Shown here in pieces: positions 17,703-25,896 of a DNA stretch of 35,275 nt. Within the stretch, counting starts at the first letter, position 1, and every line of letters starts with the position of its first letter. This DNA is from Phycisphaerales bacterium (GTDB lineage Bacteria > Planctomycetota > Phycisphaerae > WQYP01). The stretch is from assembly GCA_027451365.1 (NCBI GenBank), contig DAIDJN010000046.1, positions 1 to 35,275 on the forward strand, given 5' to 3'. Below the pieces are notes generated by a model. The model searched no databases, was not told where the DNA came from, and saw only the letters and a list, made by a program, of their open reading frames with translations. The translations under genes and the position numbers were made by a program.

Positions 17703-18710
17703 ATGATCGAATCCACTGTACCGGGGCCGACACTGGTCATTCGTGAGCGGTCCACCGTTGGTCGCGTGTTGCGCTGGGGTCTGGTGCTTGTGCTGTTTAT
17801 ATCGATTGGATTAAACGTGGTACTGGCGATCATGCTTGGCGGATTCAGCGAGCTGTCACGCGGCATTCTCGGCGCTGCGGGCATTCATGAGCGCGTGCTG
17901 CGGGCCGGCAGTGCCGAGCAAATTGCCGTTATTCACCTGACCGGCCTGATCAGCGGGGCCACCGTGGCCGAAGTTCGCGCGGATGTCCGATATGTGCAAA
18001 GTCATCCGTCGATTCGCGCGGTTGTGTTGCGCGTCGATTCACCGGGCGGCGGCGTCACCGATGCGGATGAATGTTACCACCAGCTTATGAAACTTCGTGA
18101 TGACAACCGGGTTGTTGTGGCCAGTATCGGGTCTTTGGGTGCCAGCGGTGCATATTATATTTCAATGGCGGCGGAAAAAATATATGCCGAACCGACCAGC
18201 CTTGTCGGCAGCATCGGCGTCATGATTCCCGGTTTTCAGCTTACCGGACTGATGAAAAAAATCGGAGTTCGACCGGAATTTCTGACCAGCAAGGCGGCCA
18301 CCTGGAAAGAAGCCGGCTCGCCATTTTCGGATTATTCGCCTGAAGTGAAAGCCTATCTCGTGCATCTGCTGGATGCCGACCATGCGCGGTTCGCCAGTAT
18401 TGTGGCGGCCGGCCGCGGGACACGGTTAAATGTGCCCATCGCACAAGTGGCCAATGGTAAGGTATGGGCCGCCAGCGACGCATTGAAAAAGGGCCTGATT
18501 GATGCGATCGGATATTCCGGATCCGCTTACCATGGGGCGGCCAAACTGGCGGGCATTTACAACCCGACTGTGGTGGAACTGCAAACACCCGGTACGCTGC
18601 TTGACCTGGTGAAAATAAAATCAGCCGTCCAATCGCCACAGCTACGGGTTTCGCCGGGGTCCTTGTTGAACATGATGCGGCCGAAAATGGAATATCTGTT
18701 TATTCCATAG
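17703..18710 (+). CDS. sppA: Signal peptide peptidase SppA (S49, short type)
   Basis: N-terminal TM helix; LRVDSPGGGV, GASGAYYISMAAEKIYAEPTSLVGSIGV and GLIDAIG motifs; AGGAG RBS. Confidence 0.92.
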   Translation: MIESTVPGPTLVIRERSTVGRVLRWGLVLVLFISIGLNVVLAIMLGGFSELSRGILGAAGIHERVLRAGSAEQIAVIHLTGLISGATVAEVRADVRYVQSHPSIRAVVLRVDSPGGGVTDADECYHQLMKLRDDNRVVVASIGSLGASGAYYISMAAEKIYAEPTSLVGSIGVMIPGFQLTGLMKKIGVRPEFLTSKAATWKEAGSPFSDYSPEVKAYLVHLLDADHARFASIVAAGRGTRLNVPIAQVANGKVWAASDALKKGLIDAIGYSGSAYHGAAKLAGIYNPTVVELQTPGTLLDLVKIKSAVQSPQLRVSPGSLLNMMRPKMEYLFIP

Positions 18711-18785
18711 GTTGCCGGCGTACCGCCCAAGGCTGATCGCCGCATGACGCGGGTTCGAGCAGCCAGTCTAAAAAAAGTAGATTCG

Positions 18786-20669
18786 TTAGCGGCCCGGCGG
18801 GCGCGGCCCGAGTTGTCGCCGCGTGAGGCCCTGCTCAACCGCCTTGCGCTGCATGGCCACGCGCGCGCCGGGATCTGCAGGTTCCTGATTGATGGATGAC
18901 TTTTCAGGCGTAGCGCTGATGGCTCCGCGCCGCTTAAAACGCAGCATCGCCTGACTGTCGGTTAGATTTTTGCGAAAATCAGCGGACCCTTCGCAGACCT
19001 TCTGTGCCTGCACCGCCAACCTGACCAAGGCAGGGTCTTCCAGCATGCCGATAAAGTCTGCCAGCGAACACGCTTCCAGATTTGTTGCGCCTTCAAGATA
19101 TTCCATAAGACGCGAAGCAAGGGGCAAAAGTTCCGGCGATTCAAAAAGATTCAGTTCAAATTCCGGACCGAATTCGCGCCACAGCAACGGCTGATTCAGC
19201 AGCGAGCCGATAATCCATTGTTCCGCCGCCAGGAGGCCCTCGAACGCGCCCGGCCCCCCCGTAGACAGGCCGACCGGGATATCCGCCGCCGAGGATCTCT
19301 GTGCGCTGGCGGCGCGGGCCATGTTGCGAACGGTCTGGTGCACATCCCGCGGCGTCATACCGATTTTATCCGCCAGATGTTTCTCCAGAAGCCCGCGACG
19401 CACGGGATCTGTTCCCGAATCGGTAAGGCCTGCAGAGGCAAGCCGCAACAGTGTCATGGAAGCCTGCTGTTTTTGTGCCAGCGAGGGCGAATCGTCCATC
19501 GCTCCGCATAGCTGGTCCCATTTGTAATCCAGCGCATCTGGCGCGCGGGAAAGCAGCAGTTTGAACGGTTCCGGTCCGTGGATCATGCAAAAATCAAAGG
19601 GGTCTTTGCCGTCCGGAACGTGCGTGATGCGGGTGTCCAGCGGATATTTCAGAATCATTTCAATAGCGCGGTCCGCGGCACGTCGGCCGGCATCGTCGCT
19701 GTCGAAAAGCAGAATTACTTTTTCCGCAAATCGCCGTAACATGTTTATATGCTTATCTGTTAATGCAGTTCCCAGCGTGGCCACCACGTTGGCAACGCCT
19801 GCCTGATGACACGCGATGACATCCATATAGCCTTCCACCACCACCACTGTTTTTTCCCGGATAATCGCCTGGCGCGCCAGGTTCAGGCCATACAGCGTTT
19901 CGCGTTTGTTAAATATTGCTGTTTCAGGAGAATTCAGATACTTTGGACCTTCGCCTTCGGCCGATGCCGCAGCCGCAGCGTCGGCGGGCTGGGTGGAGGG
20001 CAGAATTCTGCCACCAAAGGCAATCACGCGCCCCGACTGGTCAAGAATGGGAAATATCACGCGGTTGCGGAAAACATCAAACGGACTGCCATCCGCCCGC
20101 TGTTTAATTAATCCGGCCCCCAGCAGACTTTCATCCGATATCCCGGCGCGGCTGGCCGCCTGCGCCAGCGCGGTCCAGTTATCCAGCGCCATCCCGAGGC
20201 CAAAAGCCTGTATCATGTCCGCATTCAATCCGCGGCCCGTCAGGTATTCAAGGCCGCTGTGGCCAATGGGCTTTTCCAGATTCTCCCGAAACCATTTGGC
20301 CGCCCATTCCGCCGCCGCCAGCATCCGCTCTCGGGAAGAGGCACGTTGCCGCTGCGCCGGGTCGTTGGGACGAAAATCCGGCAGTTTGACACCATAGCGC
20401 TGCGCTAGAAATCGCAAGGCCTCTCCAGGCGACATTTTGTGATAATTCTGCACAAACCGGAATACATCCCCGCCCGCGTTGCAGACAAAGCAATAAAAAA
20501 TCTGCTTGTTGCCGTTCACATACATCGACGGGCGGCGGTCTTCATGAAAAGGGCACAGGCCCACCAGTTCCCGCCCGGCCGGGCGCAGCGAAATATGCTC
20601 GCCAATGATTTCCTCAATCCGAGCCGCCTGGCGAACTGTTTGAAATATGTGCGCTGAATCCGACATCAC
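18786..20669 (-). CDS. dnaG: DNA primase
   Basis: CHC2 zinc finger (CPFHED...CFVC), FRNRVIFPI, FGGR, KYLNSPET, and TOPRIM VVEGYMDVIA / FDSDDAG motifs. Confidence 0.97.
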   Translation of the reverse strand: MMSDSAHIFQTVRQAARIEEIIGEHISLRPAGRELVGLCPFHEDRRPSMYVNGNKQIFYCFVCNAGGDVFRFVQNYHKMSPGEALRFLAQRYGVKLPDFRPNDPAQRQRASSRERMLAAAEWAAKWFRENLEKPIGHSGLEYLTGRGLNADMIQAFGLGMALDNWTALAQAASRAGISDESLLGAGLIKQRADGSPFDVFRNRVIFPILDQSGRVIAFGGRILPSTQPADAAAAASAEGEGPKYLNSPETAIFNKRETLYGLNLARQAIIREKTVVVVEGYMDVIACHQAGVANVVATLGTALTDKHINMLRRFAEKVILLFDSDDAGRRAADRAIEMILKYPLDTRITHVPDGKDPFDFCMIHGPEPFKLLLSRAPDALDYKWDQLCGAMDDSPSLAQKQQASMTLLRLASAGLTDSGTDPVRRGLLEKHLADKIGMTPRDVHQTVRNMARAASAQRSSAADIPVGLSTGGPGAFEGLLAAEQWIIGSLLNQPLLWREFGPEFELNLFESPELLPLASRLMEYLEGATNLEACSLADFIGMLEDPALVRLAVQAQKVCEGSADFRKNLTDSQAMLRFKRRGAISATPEKSSINQEPADPGARVAMQRKAVEQGLTRRQLGPRPPGR

Positions 20670-20852
20670 CCACCATTTTATACGCCCGACGCCCTTTGCT
20701 GTAGCGCTGTTGTTATTTTGTCAGAAGATGATGCACAGGGCGGGCCAATTTGCCGCTTGCCAAAAATAACTGACGGCAGCCACACACCCCGCCATTCGTA
20801 CATCAAATGGAAAATTTGCCGTTTTTTTGGCAACACGGTCCTGCGGCGGATG

Positions 20853-20881
20853 TTGAAACGGAATCATTTCCGTTATATTCT
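20853..20881 (+). promoter_or_regulatory. Candidate promoter of tRNA-Val with an internal inverted repeat
   Basis: TTGAAA (20853-20858), 17 nt spacer, TATTCT (20876-20881). The inverted repeat AACGGAA-TCAT-TTCCGTT is at 20857-20874. Confidence 0.55.
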
Positions 20882-20895
20882 TTAATCTTGATTGC

Positions 20896-20969
20896 GGGTG
20901 GTTAGCTCAGTTGGTTAGAGCGCCGTGTTTACACCGCGGATGTCGGGGGTTCGAGCCCCTCACCACCCA
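20896..20969 (+). tRNA. tRNA-Val (anticodon TAC), CCA not encoded
   Basis: Acceptor stem GGGTGGT/ACCACCC, D arm GCTCAGTTGGTTAGAGC, anticodon arm CCGTG-TTTACAC-CGCGG, T arm GGGGGTTCGAGCCCCT. Confidence 0.96.
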
Positions 20970-21914
20970 GTTTAGAAAGCCGCTGTGACGAGCGGTCACA
21001 ATATCAGACGAGATCAGGGCATATCCTGCCCCATTGAACACCTTATCCGCAGCGCGTGGCACGGACCCAATTAAGGCCGTCACGGGTTCCGGCATAGAAA
21101 TTGCCCGTTGACACGATATGCCCAAAATAAAGACCATACGCAGCCGCGCCGCCGGCCAGACGAGTTTCGCCCGAATCCGGGCGTTGCGTGAACTGTTTAT
21201 CATTTTCAACGCGATACGACTTGTTTTTTATGTTTATTGATCATGGATCATTGACGAAGTATGGTTCACCGAAGAGCGACACAGGGCACCGCAGAGCTTA
21301 AAACAGATGTGGTATACGATGGCCACCCGCGCGACGCCATTCACAATGGCTTGTCAATGATTGAATTGCACTCATGAATGCACGGTGGGAACAAGAAGCG
21401 ACCTGACGGCAACGCGCCGGCGGGATGCACGCGCCGGATATCCGCTTCCGGCGGCATTGGCTGGGAAGTATGCATACCGACCGCAATTCGTCAGTTGCAA
21501 CCAAACGAGCGTTCCAGGTCAAGGTGTACCGACGTGGATTATGCCCTTGGTCACATTGGCGACACATAAGCGCAGGGGCCCTGGTTGCGAAGCGGATGTA
21601 CCAGATTTTGCTGAATAGTCGAAACCTCACATGGGCACGTTTCTGGCAGAAAAGCCCGCGTTTTCAGAAGGCAGACCATGGAACAGATACCATAAACGGA
21701 CAAGGGCTGTTTTATCTCTCAAATAATGGTGGAGGACAAGTGGCGGCTTCCAAACTGATCGATGTGGCAAATGCCGAATCCCCGATGGCCACGCACACGT
21801 TGCCAAGGCAACCCGAAGGACGCCTTGGGGACACAAAAGGACCGCCGAATTGAAGCGTAATGCCCTTGCCTATAAAAACGGACAAACCGACCGAGACCAA
21901 TTGAAATGTGCCTG

Positions 21915-21943
21915 TTGCCAATTGGCTTTCCGACCGATACAAT
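21915..21943 (+). promoter_or_regulatory. Candidate sigma70 promoter of the sugar ABC operon
   Basis: TTGCCA (21915-21920), 17 nt spacer, TACAAT (21938-21943). The palindrome GCCAATTGGC (21917-21926) overlaps the -35 box. Confidence 0.65.
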
Positions 21944-22118
21944 CCCATTTTCCTGTTGGCGCTGCCCCAGCTCTTGCCGGCGGTTAAAGCCAGAGTCTTC
22001 CCGGCGGGTTAACAAAAACCCGGGACTTTGTCTTTTTGAGAGTTGGAATGTGTGTCCGGGCGGAGAACTCGACACGCAAGCGGTGCCCTTCATAGATTTT
22101 AATTTTGTGAGGATTCGT

Positions 22119-23150
22119 ATGCGCCGGATTGTTAAATTATCGTTGTTGTCAGCACTTGTTGGTGTGGCATTTACCGTTGCCGGCTGCGGCAAAGGCGGGT
22201 CCGCCAATAGCCAGTCCAGTACGCCCACGGCCGCGACCACTGCCAAGCCGGTCCATATTTACCCCAGCGGAACGCCTATTAAGCTGGCGTTTGTCAGCAA
22301 TAATGTGGCCAATTACTGGAATTTTGCGCACGCCGGCACTCGGGCGTTTGAAAAGAAAACCGGGATTCAGGTCACGTTTCGCGAACCGGCCAAAGGCACG
22401 GTGGCGGAGCAGAACCAGATCATCGAAGATTTGGTAACGGAAGGTTACAACGGCATTGCCATCAGCGTCATCGCCCCCAACGACCAGATTCGCACGCTAA
22501 ATTCAGCGGCCCGGTCCCTTAATCTGATCTGCGTAGATTCCGACGCCCCGAAATCCAATCGGCTGATGTACATTGGCACCATGAACTACAATGCCGGATT
22601 GCTGATGGGGAAGGAAATTGTCAAGCTGCTGCCCAAGGGCGGGCAGGTGGCGATTTTCGTGGGCAATCTGGCAGCCCGTAACGCGGCGCGGCGACTCCAG
22701 GGAATTGAACACGTTATTAAGGGCCACTCCATTAAAATCGTGGCAAAAAAGGAAGACAACCAGGATTACGCCCGTGCCAGATCTAACGCCGAAAACGTGA
22801 TCAGCGCGTTTCCAAATTTAAGCCTCATGTGCGGATTGTATTCCTACAATGGCGCCCTGGCGGCGGCGGCGGTGAAGGCCGCAGGGGACAAGGGAAAAAT
22901 TAAAGTCATTGCCTTTGATCAGGACCCCGATACGCTGAAAGACATCCAAAGCGGCCTGATAAACGCCACGGTGGTACAGAATCCATTTATGGAAGGCTAT
23001 CTTTCTTGTAAATACCTGCAAGCTATTTGTGCCAAAGGCATGAAGGCTGTGCCCGCCTCTGCTGACCTGGATACCGGCGTGCAAATTGTGGATGCCAAGA
23101 ACCTTGATGCATACAAAATAAAACTCGCAAAGATGATGGCCAGCAAATAG
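22119..23150 (+). CDS. Sugar ABC transporter substrate-binding lipoprotein (RbsB/periplasmic binding protein type 1)
   Basis: The true start is probably ATG 22119 (GAGGA RBS). Lipobox VAGC; GIAISV, VDSDAP.S.R..YIGT.NY, IAFD and ATVVQNPF motifs. Confidence 0.92.
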   Translation: MRRIVKLSLLSALVGVAFTVAGCGKGGSANSQSSTPTAATTAKPVHIYPSGTPIKLAFVSNNVANYWNFAHAGTRAFEKKTGIQVTFREPAKGTVAEQNQIIEDLVTEGYNGIAISVIAPNDQIRTLNSAARSLNLICVDSDAPKSNRLMYIGTMNYNAGLLMGKEIVKLLPKGGQVAIFVGNLAARNAARRLQGIEHVIKGHSIKIVAKKEDNQDYARARSNAENVISAFPNLSLMCGLYSYNGALAAAAVKAAGDKGKIKVIAFDQDPDTLKDIQSGLINATVVQNPFMEGYLSCKYLQAICAKGMKAVPASADLDTGVQIVDAKNLDAYKIKLAKMMASK

Positions 23151-23184
23151 CCAAGGCCGCCCTTGACAGCATACTGGACCTCCC

Positions 23185-24702
23185 ATGGCGAACGATTATA
23201 TCCTGCGCATGCAGGGCGTTACCAAACGGTTCCCCGGCGTTACTGCACTGGAAAACGTGGACTTGGAACTGCGCGCCGGTGAAGTCCTAGCCTTAATGGG
23301 AGAGAACGGGGCAGGGAAAAGCACCCTTATGAAAATTCTAGGCGGCGCCCAGCCGCCGGACGAAGGATCGCTCCATATCGACGGCGACCCCGTGGAATTC
23401 CGCCATGTTTCCGATTCGCGCCGCCATGGAATTGTTCTGGTGCACCAGGAATTGATGATGGCGTCGAACCTGGATGTGGCAGGCAATATTTTTCTGGGAT
23501 CTGAACCCAGCCGCGGGGGCGTGCTGCACCGCGGCGTCATGCGTGCGAACTCCGAGTCGCTGTTGCGGCGGGTCGGTTTAACCTGTTCGCCAGCCACGCT
23601 GGTAGGCTCGCTGACTCCGGGACAGATGCAGATGGTGGAAATCGCCAAAGCTCTTTCCCTTAAGGCGCGTATACTGATTCTGGATGAGCCGACCAGTTCG
23701 CTGACCTTGACTGAATCGGAGCAGCTTTTCAAAATTATTGACGATTTGCGCCGCGATGGAATCGCCATTATTTATATTTCACACCGTATGGAGGAAGTCA
23801 TGCGGCTGGCGGACCGCGTCATAGTTCTGCGTGATGGCAAAAGGGTGGGAGAACTGCAACGTGATCAGATTACCCAGGATAAAATCGTCTCGATGATGGT
23901 GGGCAGAGAACTCACAAACTGGTATCCGCCACTGCGGCCCAGGCAGGATTATCCGACAATTTTGCGTGTGGAAAATTTAATTGTTCCCGGTTCTCCGTGT
24001 GCGGTGAGCTTTGACGCCGGGGCCGGGGAAATTATCGGATTTTCCGGACTCGTCGGGTCAGGCCGGACCGAGCTTATGCAGGCGATTTTCGGTGTGACTC
24101 CGCCACTGGGGGGCACCATTCACGTGGATGGCGCAATTTTCAATCCAACCTGCCCGCGGGCCGCGATTAATCACGGCATATATCTGGCACCGGAAGACCG
24201 CAAACACAATGGGCTGGTGCTGGCGATGAGCATAGCGCAGAACATTTCCATGCCGGATATTCACAATTATCGGCCGCGCTTTTGGCTGGGGCGCCGACGG
24301 GAAACGGTCGTGGCCAGAAAGCAACTCGAATCCCTGCGGATCAAGGCATCGGGCGTGGGCCAGCGCGTGGGCAGCCTTTCGGGAGGCAACCAGCAGAAAG
24401 TGGTTCTAGGCAAATGGCTGGCTATGCGGCCCAGAATACTGATTCTCGATGAACCCACGCGCGGCGTGGATGTAGGGGCCAAAGCCGAAATATACCGTGA
24501 AATGATGCTTCTGGCCCAGCAGGGAATTACCATTTTGATGGTCAGTTCCGAAATGGAGGAAGTGCTGGGCATGAGCGATCGGATCGTCGTCATGCGCGAG
24601 CGCAGAATTGAAGGCATATTGCCGCGTAGCCAGGCCACGCAGGAACGCATTGCGTCCCTGATGACCGGCGCGGGGAATCTTGACATAAGGACCGGAGTCT
24701 GA
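23185..24702 (+). CDS. Sugar ABC transporter ATP-binding protein (RbsA/MglA-type, two NBDs)
   Basis: GENGAGKST, ILDEPT, LSGGNQQKVVLGKWL and LDEPTRGVDVGAK motifs. Confidence 0.96.
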   Translation: MANDYILRMQGVTKRFPGVTALENVDLELRAGEVLALMGENGAGKSTLMKILGGAQPPDEGSLHIDGDPVEFRHVSDSRRHGIVLVHQELMMASNLDVAGNIFLGSEPSRGGVLHRGVMRANSESLLRRVGLTCSPATLVGSLTPGQMQMVEIAKALSLKARILILDEPTSSLTLTESEQLFKIIDDLRRDGIAIIYISHRMEEVMRLADRVIVLRDGKRVGELQRDQITQDKIVSMMVGRELTNWYPPLRPRQDYPTILRVENLIVPGSPCAVSFDAGAGEIIGFSGLVGSGRTELMQAIFGVTPPLGGTIHVDGAIFNPTCPRAAINHGIYLAPEDRKHNGLVLAMSIAQNISMPDIHNYRPRFWLGRRRETVVARKQLESLRIKASGVGQRVGSLSGGNQQKVVLGKWLAMRPRILILDEPTRGVDVGAKAEIYREMMLLAQQGITILMVSSEMEEVLGMSDRIVVMRERRIEGILPRSQATQERIASLMTGAGNLDIRTGV

Positions 24703-25766
24703 TGCGACGTGAACTGGGTATTTTCTTTGCTGTACTGGTCATGTGCGGCTTTTTATTCTGGTGCAACCATGACTTCGGTAAAGCCGCCAATATCCTGAAT
24801 GTCTCACGGCAGGCGGCCATGTTGGGAATTTTCGCCATCGGCAGCAGCTTTGTCATTATTACCGGCGGCATCGACCTTTCCGTCGGGGCGATCATCGGAC
24901 TGACCGGCGTCCTGATTGCCAAAATTTCATCGCCATCCGAACATTGCCTGCACCATCCATTGTGGGTCGGCATAAGCATTGCCATGGCCGTCGCGCTTTC
25001 AATCGGTCTGATTCAAGGCTTGCTGATTTCCAAATTAAAACTTCAGCCCTTTATCGTCACCCTGGCGGGCATGTTGCTGGTGCGCGGCCTGGCGCAAATC
25101 ATTACCCACGGCGGAACGCTGGGACTTGGCACCTCGCCACTGATTAATCTTTCCACCGAAGGTCTGTTCCATTACGGCTATCATGCCATACTGGCGTATC
25201 CGGTGCTGATTTTTATAGGGGTCATTCTTCTGGCCGGTTATCTGCTGCATGGAACGGTTTTTGGCCGCTATGTTTTCGCCATCGGCGGGAACCGCGATGC
25301 GGCCCAATATTCCGGCATTCCCGTGGATCGCGTGGAAACGCTTACATACGTTATTTCGGCGGGGCTTGCGGGCGTAGCCGGAATCTGCTACGCATCTTAC
25401 ATTGGCCAGATGACTTACAACGTCGGCAATGGCTACGAACTTAATGCCATTGCTGCGGCAGTGATCGGGGGCGTATCGTTGCGCGGCGGCGAGGGCAGCG
25501 TGCCGGGGGCTATCATCGGTTCGATCATGATGGAAGTTATTCAGAATGGCATTATTCTGTTTAAATGGGTGTATTACACTGCCGGTCAACGCCATGTATT
25601 CCGCTTAAGTTCCAACTGGACCTATTTTATCACCGGAGCCGTGATCCTGCTGGCGGTACTGATCGATCAACTGGCCAACATTCTTAATAAACGTAAACGC
25701 CTGAAGCGCCAGGCACACATTGCCGCAAGCAAGCAGCCGCCCCCCGCACCGCTCGCATCAAGTTAA
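24702..25766 (+). CDS. Sugar ABC transporter permease (RbsC-type)
   Basis: IITGGIDLSVG, PFIVTL, FGRYVFAIGGN..AA..SGI and YELNAIAAAVIGGVSL.GG.G motifs; TGATG stop/start coupling with the ATPase gene. Confidence 0.96.
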   Translation: MRRELGIFFAVLVMCGFLFWCNHDFGKAANILNVSRQAAMLGIFAIGSSFVIITGGIDLSVGAIIGLTGVLIAKISSPSEHCLHHPLWVGISIAMAVALSIGLIQGLLISKLKLQPFIVTLAGMLLVRGLAQIITHGGTLGLGTSPLINLSTEGLFHYGYHAILAYPVLIFIGVILLAGYLLHGTVFGRYVFAIGGNRDAAQYSGIPVDRVETLTYVISAGLAGVAGICYASYIGQMTYNVGNGYELNAIAAAVIGGVSLRGGEGSVPGAIIGSIMMEVIQNGIILFKWVYYTAGQRHVFRLSSNWTYFITGAVILLAVLIDQLANILNKRKRLKRQAHIAASKQPPPAPLASS

Positions 25767-25770
25767 GCAT

Positions 25771-25800
25771 GGTTGTATAAAACAGCCTTATAAAAAAGGC
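25771..25800. terminator. Possible weak terminator between convergent genes
   Basis: Overlapping short hairpins GGTTGT-ATAAA-ACAGCC and GCCTT-ATAAA-AAGGC right after the permease stop; no clear U-tract. Confidence 0.25.
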
Positions 25801-25896
25801 AGCCCGTGATGCCATCGGTCAGCGGCCCGGCCGCCGGACCAGTTCTGAATTTTTCGCGAGTATCGCGATACGCCGCGCCCGCGGCCTGGCGCTTCG

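Noticed and set aside
20984..21000. TGTGA...TCACA as a CRP site
   Set aside because: The spacer is 7 nt rather than the canonical 6, and it sits just after a tRNA, where an RNA hairpin is the simpler explanation.
21906..22118. 71-aa N-terminal extension of the binding protein in the ORF track
   Set aside because: It overlaps the predicted promoter and leader; the lipoprotein signal and RBS point to ATG 22119.
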